From Mobula hypostoma (Eukaryota): a DNA stretch of 64,000 bases. The stretch's first letter is position 1, and every line of letters starts with the position of its first letter. The notes beneath the pieces were generated by a model. It saw only the letters and a program-made list of their open reading frames with translations. It had not been told where the DNA came from and made no database searches. The stretch covers positions 250,606,001 through 250,670,000 of the forward strand of contig NC_086097.1 in assembly GCF_963921235.1 (NCBI RefSeq). Reading direction: 5' to 3'. Shown here piece after piece: positions 26,460-38,219 of the stretch. The position numbers and the translations under genes were made by a program.

Positions 26460-27068
26460 TTGTAGCTTTCATAAGTCGAGGGATAGAGTTTAAGATTCAC
26501 GATGTAATGATGCAGCTCTATAAAACTCTGGTTAGGCCACACTTGGAGTACTGTGTCCAGTTCTGGTCACCTCACGCTAGGAAGGATGTGGAAGCATTGG
26601 AAAGGGTACAGAGGAGATTTACCAGGATGCTGCCTGGTTTAGAGAGTATGCATTATGATCAGAGATTAAGGGAGCTAGGGCTTTACTCTTTGGAGAGAAT
26701 GATGATGAGAGGAGACATGATAGAGGTGTACAAGATAATAAGAGGAATAGATAGAGTGGATAGCCAGCGCCTCTTCCCCAGGGCACCACTGCTCAATACA
26801 AGAGGATATGGCTTTAAGGTAAGGGGTGGGAAGTTCAAGGGGGATATTAGAGGAAGGTTTTTTACTCAGAGAGTGGTTGGTGCGTGGAATGCACTGCCTG
26901 AGTCAGTGGTGGAGGCAGATACACTAGTGAAGTTTAAGAGACTACTAGACAGGTATATGGAGGAATCTAAGGTGGGGGCTTATATGGGAGGCAGGGTTTG
27001 AGGGTCGGCACAACATTGTGGGCTGAAGGGCCTGTACTATGCTGTAGTATTCTATGTTCTATGTTCTA
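26460..27068 (+). mobile_element. CR1 3' fragment
   Basis: LYKTLVRPHLEYCVQFWSP...FFTQRVV; (ttctatg)n tail. Confidence 0.9.
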
Positions 27069-27734
27069 AATGCTAGTGCATTGGAATTAAATTGTTGACA
27101 GTGTGTTAGACATTTAATCAGCTGACAGAAATCAGAAGTGGGTAAATCTGTTTTGCACATCTATGCTCACGTCATTCTACAGATGCACAGTAGAGAGCAT
27201 TCTAACAAGCTGCATCACTGCATGGTGTGGAAACCGCTCGGCGGTGGACAGGATGGCTCTATAAAAGGTAGTCAAAACTGCCCAACCCATCACTTGCACC
27301 AGCCTACCCGCCATCAAGGACAGATATACAGAAAGGTGCCGGAAAAGGGCCAGAAAATTCATGAAGGCTCCTACCCATAAGACATAGGAGCAGAATTAGG
27401 CCATTTGGCCCATCAAGTCTGCTCTGCCATTTCATCAAGGCCGTTCTATTTTATCCACTCAGCCCTAACCTCCTGCATTCTCCCCGTATCCCTTAACGCC
27501 CTGACTAATCAAGAATCTATCAACCTCTGCCTTAAATATACTCAATGACTTGGCCTCCACAGCCACCTGTGGCAACAAATTTGACAGATGCACCACTCTC
27601 TAGCTGCTCACCACCCACCCTGCTCATGGACTGTCTGTCCCACTCCCATCAGGGAGGAGGCTACGTAGCATCCACACCAGGACCACCAGACTCAAAAACA
27701 GTTACTCTCCCCAAGCAGCAAAGCTGATCGACAC

Positions 27735-27895
27735 CTCCACCCATTAACCCACCCCTCCACACCTCCACCCTCCACTCCACACACTAACCCACCCCTCCAC
27801 ACCTCCACCCTCCACTCCACACACTAACCCACCCCTCCACACCCCTCCACACCCCCACCCTCCACTCCACACACCTCCACACACTAACCCACTCC
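27735..27895. repeat. C-rich ~40-bp tandem repeat, 3-4 imperfect copies, in a Rex1-like 3' UTR
   Basis: taacccacccctccacacctccaccctccactccacacac repeated. Confidence 0.8.
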
Positions 27896-28330
27896 TTCAC
27901 TCCTGTGCCTAGCGTCACTTTATGGACATACAATCAATCTGCAGTATGTATATAAGCTATCTTATATATTTATGTTTATTTATGCATTTATGTGTTCTTC
28001 ATCTTATTTTGTTGTGACCCACGTTGTAATCAGGCTCGACAACAGGTAGTCTAAACTGCCCAGTGCATCAGCACACCAGCCGATCAGAAAGATGCGGGGA
28101 AAGGGCCAGTAAGTCACGAGGTAACGGTTTATTCGCTTCCATCGGTGACGCCTGAGCTGCTGAGACCCCCAGCATTTTGTGAGTATTGTGCAACCGATGT
28201 ACACGCAGCAGACGGTGCAAAGGATCTGCAGAGAAAGGATTTCATCTATAGGGAGGTTATTGAATCAGTTCTTTGTGAGAGTTGGCTGTTTAGCCTCACC
28301 CTAACCACTTTCTCACCATGACATGGCAAA

Positions 28331-29507
28331 TGTTTTTGTTGTCACAAAACTACAAAAGTCTATTTGCAGAAAAATATACAAAATACAAACATCAAGAATT
28401 TACAAGACAGTGAAAAAAATTCAAATTAAAATATGATTATTGCTGTCAATAAAAGAGTCAACTCCCTGTTGGGCCGACCGTTCCCGGAAATCCCCCACTG
28501 TACCCTTGGTGACCGCACGCGCCTGCTCCAGGGACACCTGGGCATGGATGTATCCCCAGAAGAGGGGGGATGTAGTAGGTCCAGGTGGGGCCCTCATCCT
28601 GGTCAGTAACCACAGAAAGCCCACCAGTAGATTCTCCGAGTGATCCCTCCCTTCCGTACTGGAGCCTATAGATCAGGAGTGATCCCACCCCTCCGTACTG
28701 GAGCCCATAGATCAGGAGTGATCCCACCCCTCCGTACTGGAGCCCATAGATCAGGAGTGATCCCACCCCTCCGTACTGGAACCCGTTTATCAGGAGTGAT
28801 CCCACCCCTCCGTACTGGAGCCCGTATACCAGGAGTGATCCCACCCCTCCGTACTGGAGCCCATAGATCAGGAGTGATCCCAGCACTCCGTACTGGAGCC
28901 CGTAGATCAGGAGTGATCCCTCCCCTCCGTACTGGAGCCCGTATACCAGGAGTGATCCCACCCCTCCGTACTGGAGCCCGTATACCAGGAGTGATCCCTC
29001 CCCTCCGTACTGGAGCCCATATACCAGGAGTGATCCCACCCCTGCGTACTGGAGCTCGTATACCAGGAGTGATCCCACCCCTCCATACTGGAGCCCATAG
29101 ATCAGGAGTGATCCCACCCCTCCGTACTGGAACCCGTATACCAGGAGTGATCCCGCCCCTCTGTACTGGAGCCCGTAGATCAGGGGTGATCCCACCCCTC
29201 CGTACTGGAACCCATAGATCAGGGGTGATTCCTCCCCTCCGTACTGGAGCCCATAGATCAGGAGTGATCCCACCCCTCCGTACTGGAGCCCATAGATCAG
29301 GAGTGATCCCACCCCTCCGTACTGGAGCCCGTATGCCAGGAGTGATCCCACCCCTCCATACTGGAGCCCATATGCCAGGAGTGATCCCTCCCCTCCGTAC
29401 TGGAGCCCATAGATCAGGAGTGATCCCTCCCCTGCGTACTGGAGCCCGTATACCAGGAGCGTGGAGTTGAAGTGTAACCAAAACCAGAGGAGCAGCCCCT
29501 TCAGAAA
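28331..29507 (-). mobile_element. Tx1-like (L1 clade) ORF2 C-terminal fragment containing an internal minisatellite
   Basis: Minus strand reads FLKGLLLWFWLHFNSTLLVYG before the array and ENLLVGFL...PLFWGYIHAQVSLEQARAVTKGTVGDFRER...NHILI* after it, resembling the recalled Tx1 ORF2 end; T-rich 3' UTR and A-rich tail. Confidence 0.75.
28638..29459. repeat. 39-bp minisatellite, ~21 copies (ggagtgatcccacccctccgtactggagcccatagatca and variants)
   Basis: Seen directly; contiguous units, no spacers, two main variants (catagatca / cgtatacca). Confidence 0.98.
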
Positions 29508-29580
29508 CGTTTACGTGCTGTGACCCAGGCCTAACAGAAGAACAGGCAACCAGTGAACAGGCAAACAGGCAACGGGCAGG

Positions 29581-30504
29581 ATGTTGGAATGCTCCTCTTG
29601 CAGGATGTGGGAAGTCAGGGAGCCCTCCGGTGTCCCTGACAACGACACCTGCAGGAAGTGCAGCCAGCTGCAGCTCCTGACAAACCGCGTTAGGGAACTG
29701 GAGCAGGAGCTGGATGACCTGCGGATCATTCGGGAGAATGAGGAGATTATAGATCGTAGCTACAGGGAGGTAGTTACGCCAAAGGAGCAGAGGACAGGAA
29801 ATTAGGTCACTGTCAGGCGAGGGAAGAGGAAAGGGCAGGCAGAGCAGGGTTCCCCTGTGGCCATTCCCCTCAACAACAAGTATACTGCATTGGATACTGT
29901 TGGGGGGGATGACTTACCTGGGACTAGCTGCAGTAGCCGGATCTCTGGCACTGAGTCTGGCTCTGCAGTGCAGAAGGGAGGGGGGAAAAAGAGGAGAGCA
30001 GTAGTGATCGGGGACTCGATAGTTAGAGGTGCAGATAGGAGGTTCTGTGGTCGTGACAGAGAATCCAGGATGGTTTGTTGCCTCCCAGGTGCCAGGGTCA
30101 AGGATGTCTCTGATCGATTGCATGACATTCTGAAGTGGAAGGGTGACCAGCCAGATGTCGTGGTGCACATCAGTACCAATGACATAGCAAGGAAGAGTGA
30201 AGAGGTCCTGGAGAGTGAGTATAGAGAGCTTGGTAGGAAGTTGAAAAGCAGGACCTCAAGGGTGGTAATCTCAGGATTGCTACCTGTGCTAGGTGCCAGT
30301 GAGGGTAGGAATAGGATGCTCTGGAGGAGGAACAAGTGGCTGAGGAACTGGTGTAGGGGGCAGGGTTTCAGATTTCAGGATCATTGGGACCTCTTCTGGG
30401 GCAGGTGGGACCTGTACAAGAGAGATGGGTTACACTTGAACCACAGGGGGACCAATATCCTTTCAGGGAGGTTTGATAGTGCTATTGGGGAGGCTTTAAA
30501 CTAG
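29581..30504 (+). pseudogene. CR1 ORF1: CxxC...CxxC zinc finger, leucine zipper, SGNH/GDSL esterase; one premature TAG at 29803-29805
   Basis: ECSSC...CRKC, LQLLTNRVRELEQELDDL, GDSIVRG, VVHISTND, DGLHL; both ORF pieces lie in one frame. Confidence 0.9.
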
Positions 30505-30506
30505 AT

Positions 30507-33433
30507 TTGCAGGGGGATGGGAACCAGAGTGCCAGAGCTGACAGTGTGGCTGGGGTGAAAATAAATGATGTTGAAAGTTTAAGCAAATCTGCTGATAGAA
30601 AGGTTGTGAGTGGTGGTAAAAATCTTCTGAGGTGTATATATTTCAATGCTAGGAGTATTGCGGGGAAGGCGGATGAGTTAAGGGCGTGAATTGACACGTG
30701 GAATTATGATGTTATAGCAATTAGTGAAACTTGGCTACAGGAGGGGCAGGACTGGCAGCTTAATATTCCAGGGTTCCGATGTTTCAGATGTGATCGAGGC
30801 AGAGGAATGAAAAGTGGGGGAGTAGCATTGCTTGTTAGGGAAAATATTACAGCAGTGCTCAGGCAGGACAGATTAGAGGGCTTGTCTACTGAGTCCTTAT
30901 GGGTGGAGCTGAGAAACAGGAAAGGTATGGTCACATTAGTGGGATTGTATTACAGACCACCCAATAGTCAACGAGACTTGGAAGAGCAAATCTGCAGAGA
31001 GATAGCAGGCAACTGCAGGAAACATAAAGTTGTGGTGGTAGGGGATTTTAATTTTCCATACATTGATTGGGACTCCCATACTGTTAGGGGTCTAGATGGT
31101 TTAGAGTTTGTAAAATGTGTTCAGGAAAGTTTTCTAAATCAATATATAGAGGGACCAACTAGAGGGGATGCAATATTGGATCTCCTGTTAGGTAACGAAT
31201 TAGGGTAAGTGACAGAAGTCTGTGTAGGGGAGCACTTTGGTTCCAGTGATCATAACATCATTAGTTTCAATTTGATCATGGACAAGGATAGATCTGGTCC
31301 TAGGGTTGAGGTTCTGAACTGGAAGAAGGCCAAATTTGAAGAAATGAGAAAGTATCTAAAAAGCGTGGATTGGGACACGTTGTTCTCTGGCAAAGATGTG
31401 ATTGGTAGGTGAGAAGCCTTCAAAGGGGAAATTTTGAGAGTACAGAGTTTGTATGTTCCTGTCAGGATTAAAGGCAAATTGAATAGGAATAAGGAACCTT
31501 GGTTCTCAAGGGATATTGCAACTCTGATAAAGAAGAAGAGGGAGTTGTATGAAATGTATAGGAAACGGGGTAAATCAGGTGCTTGAGGAGTATAAGAAGT
31601 GCAAGAAAATATTTAAGAAAGAAATCAGGAGGGCTAAAAGAAGACATGAGGTTGCCTTGGCATTCAAAGTGAAGGATAATCCAAAGAGCTTTTACAAGTA
31701 TATTGAGAGCAAAAGGATTGTAAGGGATAAAATTGGTCCTCTTGAAGATCAGAGTGATCGGCTTTGTGCGGAACCAAAGGAAATGGGGGAGATCTTAAAT
31801 AGGTTTTTTGCGTCTGTATTTACTAAGGAAGCTGGCATGAAATCTATGGAATTGAGGAAATCAAGTAGTGAGACCATGGAAACTGTAAAGATTGAAAAGG
31901 AGGAGGTGCTTGCTGTCTTGAGGAAAATTAAAGTGGATAAATCCCCAGGACCTGACAGGGTGTTCCCTCGGACCTTGAAGGAGACTAGTGTTGAAATTGC
32001 AGGGGCCCTGGCAGAAATATTTAAAATGTCGCTGTCTACGGGTGAAGTGCCGGAGGATTGGAGAGTGGCTCATGTTGTTCCGTTGTTTAAAAAAGGATCG
32101 AAAAGTAATCCGGGAAATTATAGGCTGGTGAGTTTAACGTCAGTAGTAGGTAAGTTATTGGAGGGAGTACTAAGAGACAGAATCTACAAGCATTTGGATA
32201 GACAGGGGCTTATTAGGGAGAGTCAACATGGCTTTGTGCGTGGTAGGTCATGTTTGACCAATCTCTTGGAGTTTTTCGAGGAGGTTACCAGGAAAGTGGA
32301 TGAAGAGAAGGCAGTGGATATTGTCTACATGGACTTCAAGTAAGGCCTTTGACAAGGTCCCGCATGGGAGGTTAGTTAGGAAAATTCAGTCGCTAGGTAT
32401 ACATGGAGAGGTGGTAAATTGGATTAGACATTGGCTCGATGGAAGAAGCCAGAGAGTGGTGGTAGAGAATTGCTTCTCTGAGTGGAGGCCTGTGACTAGT
32501 GGTGTGCCACAGGGATCAGTGCTGGGTCCATTGTTATTTGTCATCTATATCAATGATCTGGATGATAATGTGGTAAATTGGATCAGCAAGTTTGCTGATG
32601 ATACGAATATTGGAGGTGTAGTAGACAGTGAGGAAGGTTTTCAGAGCCTGCAGAGGGACTTGGACCAGCTGGAAAAATGGGCTGTAAAATGGCAGATGGA
32701 GTTTAATACTGACAAGTGTGAGGTATTGCACATTGGAAGGACAAACCAAGGTAGAACATACAGGGTTAATGGTAAGGCACTGAGGAGTGCAGTGGAACAG
32801 AGGGATCTGGGAATACAGATACAAAATTCCCTAAAAGTGTCGTCACTGGTAGATAGGGTCGTAAAGAGAGCTTTTGGTACATTGGCCTTTATTAATCAAA
32901 GTATTGAGTATAAGAGCTGGAATGTTATGATGAGGTTGTATAAGGCATTGGTGAGGCCGAATCTGGAGTATTGTGTTCAGTTTTGGTCTCCAAATCACAG
33001 GAAGGATATAAATAAGGTTGAAAGAGTGCAGAGAAGGTTTACAAGGATGTTGCCGGGACTTGAGAAACTCAGTTACAGAGAAAGATTGAACAGGTTAGGA
33101 CTTTATTCCCTGGAGCGTAGAAGAATGAGGGGAGATTTGATAGAGGTATATAAAATTATGATGGGTATAGATAGAGTGAATGCAAGCAGGCTTTTCCCAC
33201 TGAGGCAAGGGGAGAAAAAAACGAAAGGACATGGGTTTAGTGTGAGGGGGGAAAAGTTTAAAGGGAACATTAGGGGGGGCTTCTTCACACAGAGAGTGGT
33301 GGGAGTATGGAATGAGCTGCCAGACGAGGTGGTAAATGCAGGTTCTTTTTTAACATTTAAGAATAAATTGGACGGATACATGGATGGGAGGTGTATGGGG
33401 GGATATGGTCCGTGTGCAGGTCAGTGGGACTAG
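30507..33433 (+). pseudogene. CR1 ORF2: AP-endonuclease plus reverse transcriptase; stops at about 30688, 31207 and 31411, frameshifts near 31560 and 32340
   Basis: [54 protein letters not shown]. Confidence 0.93.
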
Positions 33434-34869
33434 GCAGAAAATGGTTCGGCACAGCCAAGAAGGGCCAAAGGGCCTGTTTCTGTGCTGTAGTTTCTATGGT
33501 TTCTATGGTTCAGTGACTTCTTCACAGGGAAAAGGAGCAAGTTTCAAGATCAAGAAAATTGTTTAATGTCATTTGCAGTCGACGGGTGTTACTCTGGATC
33601 CCATGCGGCGTAAAGATGTTTGGGGCAATAAGACGAGGAATAGAATAATAATAAAATAACACAATAACTATAAATACATAAGATAGCATGTATAATTACA
33701 GTGATTGTATGCCCGTAGAGTGATGCTAGGTTTTTTTTGAGATACAGCGTGGTACTGGCCATTCCAGCCCTTCAAGCCCCACCACTCAGCAATCTCCCGA
33801 TTTAACCCTAGCATAACCATGGGACAATTTACAATGGCCAATTACTCTTGCAACTGGTACATCTTTGGACTGTGGGAGGAAACCAGAGCACCCGGAGGAA
33901 ACCCACTCGGTCATGGGGAGAACGTACAAACTCCAGGTCCTTTCTGTACATACTGTATGTCTTTAATGGCGGATAGACTGGTGTCAGTGACGCGTTTTGA
34001 CTGAACTGGAATTTGGCAGGGTGACAAAAAGAACCTGAAACTCTAAGACTCGGCAGATGAAAGAGGTTTAGATGAACGAAACAAAAGTAGACCTAACCAG
34101 GCACATTTGGATCAAGGCCAAGCTGGCCTAACCAATACACAAGATCAATCAACAGAAGTTACACAGGCAAAATAATTTTCTTTTGTACACAGAGAGTGAT
34201 GGGTGGGTAGAACGCCCTGCAGAGGTGATGCTAGAGGCAGATGTATTAGGGGCATTTAAAAAACTTCTAGACAGTACACGGATGAAAGAAAAATAGAGGG
34301 TTATATAGGAGGGAGAGATTAGATTGATGGTGGAGCAGGTTAAAAAGCTGGCACAGCATTGTGAACCGAAGGGCCTGTCCTGTGCTGTACAGTTCTATGT
34401 TCTGTGAGTAAGAATAACATAGGCGATTGAGTACTAAGGAAATCAATACAGGAGATATTACAAATTTAATGTTTAGTGCTGGTTGTACTTGTTATAAATA
34501 AATTCATCTGAGTCTGATTGAATGATTAAATGCAGAAAAATCATTGAGGACAGGTAGCCAGAACGTTTTTCACGACAGTATAGGGTAGTATTTAGATTCG
34601 AAGATTTGGAGTATATTTGTATCAAAGTATGTATACAGAATACAGCTTTCAGACTCACCCTCCAGCAGGCAGTCACAAAACAAAGAAAAGGCATGGAACC
34701 TGTTCAAGAAAATATCAAACATCCAATGCACGAAGACAAAGAACAAATTGCGCAAGCGGCAAAACGCAAGCCAACGATGAATACAACATGAAACATCCAG
34801 GTCAGTCTAATTCAGTTCCACATTGCTGAACTAACATGCAAGCAAAGAAGCTCATCCAAACTGTTGGTA

Positions 34870-35745
34870 AAGGCACAAGAGATCCAGCAGACACTGGAAA
34901 ACCTGAGCAACACACACAAAATGCTGGAGGAACTCAGCAGGTCAGGCAGAATCCATGGAAAGGAATAAGCAGTCGACGTTTCTGGCTGAGATATCACATG
35001 ATGGGAAATGAAGGGGGAAGAAGTCAGAAGGCGGCTAGGGGAAGGACGACCAGTGGAGGGGAAGGAGTACAATCTGGCAGATGATAGGGAAGCCAGGTGA
35101 GGGGCAAGTTGGGTCTGTTAGAGAGGGGAGATGAGGTATGAAGCCTGGAGGTGAGAGGTGGAAAAGATAAAGGCTAAAGAAGGAGAAACCCGACGGGAGA
35201 AAGTGAAGGAGGAGGGGCACCAGAGGTGGGTGATGGGCAGGTGAGGAGAAGAGAAAGGATGTGACGGAAACCAGAACAGGAAAGGAGAAATAGAGAATGG
35301 GGAAAGGGGAGAAATTACTGAGGATTGACCATGCCACCATTTTGGAGGCTACCCTGACAGAATTGGTTGTTCCTCCAACCCGAGTGTGGGCTGTTGAGGA
35401 GGCCGTGGACTGACATGTTGGAATGGGAATGGGAAATTGCTTGGCCACATGAAGTACCTGCCTCTTGAGGTGGAGAGTGCAAAGATGCTCATCAAAGGAG
35501 CTCCTCCCCGCCACACCGGGGGCACCAGATACAGTGGACAACCCCGACAGACTCTCAGGGAAAGTGTCGCCTCACCTGCAAGCACTGCATAGGGCCCTGA
35601 ATGGTGGTGAGGGAGGAGGTGTAGGTGCAGGTGTAGTACTTGTCCCGCTTGCAGGGGTATGTGCCAGGAAGGAGATCGGAGCAGAGTGAACAAGGGAGTT
35701 ATGTACAGAGTAATCCCTATGTAAAGCAGAGAGTGGAGGGGAAGG
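34870..35745 (-). mobile_element. Penelope-like element fragment (GIY-YIG region plus pLTR)
   Basis: Degenerate C-x-R-x-K-x-x-T-C...QGP..FQVR.HF..ESVGVV.C region and pLTR; homologous to 45915-46790. Confidence 0.8.
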
Positions 35746-36939
35746 CAAGTTGGCATAGATCGAGCGGCTAGCCAGAGACTTTCTCCCAGGGTGGAAATGG
35801 CTAATTTTAAGATGATTGGGGTGGATGTCAGAGGTAGATTGTTCACACAGAGAGTGCTGGATACATGGAATGTGCTACAAGGGGTGGTGGTAGAGGCAGA
35901 TACACTGGGGCATTTAACAGACTCTTAGATAGGCACATGGATGATAGAAAAATGGAGGGCTATGTAGGAGGGAAAGGTTAGATTGATATTAGAGCAGGTT
36001 AAAAGGTCAGCACAACATTGTGGGCCGAAGGGCCTGTACCATGCTGTAATGTTCTATGTTCTATGTTGTTTGCCTCCAAAGGGACCACAACCTTGTCATG
36101 GTTTGGAGGTTTGTATGCCTCAGTGACCCAGAGAGCTGTGTTGGCTGGAGTCAGGGCTTTATGCTTTGGCTCCTGGTAGGGTCACCCATGCCAAACAGGT
36201 CAAGGGGTAGAGACCAGACTAAGAGTGGCCCACCGGTCCTCCAGGTTCAGAGGTTCAGCTCAGGGCTGACACCCCGACTGTTAAAACAAAACCGCTACGG
36301 AAACAGCAATGAAGAATCCTTCTACATCTGAATGCAACTGTATTCCTGAGTCTCCACCCGGGACATGCATGACCGTCGGTAGTTAAAACCCAGAGGTAGC
36401 TTCTGACACAATGAAGGAAGGTCTGAACACCACCAGAGATGAAGGACCTTCACTGCTGCACTAAACACCAGTGGTGTAACAGGCCGTAAGTAAGGAAGTT
36501 GTTTGTGCCTGGTGGTACGTTGACCTATATGGTTCAGCACAGCATCATGGACTGAAGGCTGTGTACTGTGATGTACTGTTTCCATGTTCTATCAGCTTGA
36601 GTACAGTTCGAGAGTGATCCTAAGAGTTGACAGCACCCTCTGATACATGTATATGTTGGAAAATTAAAACCAGCATGGGTCAGAGTCTGAGAAGGTTTTG
36701 GCAGAAGGGGAATGGAAAAATGTTATCTTTAGAAATGGAATTTTGAGGGGGACGGGTGATGAACTGCGAGATCTGCACTGTTGAAGGAAAATGCATGGAA
36801 AAATAAGTGGGTCGTGTTTAATCAGATCCAAAGAAAGTGGAAAGCTGTCAAACCAGAGGCCACTGCCCCCAGTTAGCTTGTGGAATCTAATGTGCAAATG
36901 TTAATGAGCTCAGTGTCAAGGACTCTACAATCCATAAAC

Positions 36940-37265
36940 GCAGGAGGTTCCGCAGATGCCCGGAATCCATCAACACAAGAGATTCTTCAGATGCTGGGAA
37001 TCCAGAGCAACACACTCAGATTACTGGAGGAACTCAGCAGGGCAGGCAGAATCAACGGAAATGAATAAACAATCAGTGTTTTGGGCTGAGACCCTTCATC
37101 AGGACTGGAAAGGAAGGGGGAAGATGCCAGAATAAAGGAGAGGAAGGAGTACAAGGTAGAGGGAGATAGGTCAGTGGAGGACAGAAATGAAACAGGAAGC
37201 AGGGAGTTGATAGATGGAAAAAGTAAAGGGCTGGAGAAGGAATCTGATAATAGAAGAAAGTGCAC
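36940..37265 (-). mobile_element. Penelope-like pLTR plus 3' region
   Basis: pLTR with intact CTGATGA box (minus strand, 37096-37102). Confidence 0.8.
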
Positions 37266-37434
37266 CTCTCAGATTCTTATTTCATCCTTCATCCCCCACC
37301 CATCAGGAAAAATAATAATGAGGTAGTGTTCATGGGTTCATTGTCCCTGCAGACATCTGACAGCGGTGGGGAAGAAGTTGTTCCTGAAACATTGAGTGTG
37401 TGTCTTCAGGCTTCTGTACCTCCTCCCTGATGGT

Positions 37435-38180
37435 TCTTCTTCTTCTTCTTCGGTTGTCCATCGAAATCCGATGACGACGTTCACTCCTCTAACGGTGAGA
37501 TCTTTGATGACTATACAGTCCTATCCTGGACCCACAAGCTCTATTGCAGGTGGGACATGTATATGTGGTAGTGGTGGCAACCATGGCTGCTTTTCTCCTG
37601 GCTCTCTTCTGCTGTCTTCTGGTTGTTCTTTCCATGTCCAGAATATGCGCCCTGTCCCTACACAGCTGTCGCCAAATGGTACAGTCAGCAGCAACATCGT
37701 CCAGGTTCTCCGGTCTGATCTTGTACTTCCTTAAAGCATTCTTCATCTGATCCTTATAGCGCGTCTTTGGCCCTCCAGCTAAGCGTCGACCATGATGTAG
37801 CTGGCCGTATAACACTCTGCGGGGCAGCCGACATGGGGGCATCCTTATCACGTGCCCCAGCCACTGCAGCTGACGCTGGGTGACCATGGCCTCAATAATC
37901 CTACCCAAGCTTCACAGCTATAAAGGAGGGTGGTGACACAGACCGCTTGGTATACGGCGACCTTTGTGGAGGGACGAAGGCTCCTGTTCTGAAAAACTCT
38001 ATGCCAAAGTCTCCCAAAGGCAGCTGCTGCCTGTTTAATGCGGCTCTGGATGTTATTGTCAATGCCGCTATCCTCAGAGAGAATGCTCCCCAGACATTTT
38101 GAAAGATGGCATCAACAGCTTTTGACAGCTTTTCATCACCAACAGTGAAGGCAGGTAGAGTGGGTGGGACACTGGTACTG
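37435..38180 (-). mobile_element. RTE-clade LINE 3' fragment
   Basis: RQLQWLGHVIRM..RLPRRVLYG, C-terminal CPTC...HQRSH zinc finger, (GAA)n tail, tggt duplication at both ends inside a Rex1-type 3' fragment. Confidence 0.9.
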
Positions 38181-38219
38181 TGGTAGAAATGAGAAGACAA
38201 CATATCTCGGGTGCCGTCG

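Larger units (their letters stand above)
29520..33510 (+). mobile_element. Near full-length CR1 LINE (ORF1 + ORF2), inactivated
   Basis: Complete domain order ORF1, APE, RT, 3' UTR and (tttctatgg)n tail. Confidence 0.95.

Noticed and set aside
28638..29459. CRISPR-like array
   Set aside because: Units are contiguous with no unique spacers, there are no cas genes, and the context is a vertebrate intron.
28458..29481. Novel repeat proteins (271-297 aa ORFs, including a Gly/Tyr-rich keratin-associated-like one)
   Set aside because: They follow automatically from a 39-bp stop-free unit; there is no supported start context or splice evidence.
28638..29520. Tandem monomer promoter in the 5' UTR of the adjacent CR1
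   Set aside because: Both flanks of the array translate as continuous Tx1-like ORF2 on the opposite strand, so the array belongs to the Tx1 fragment.
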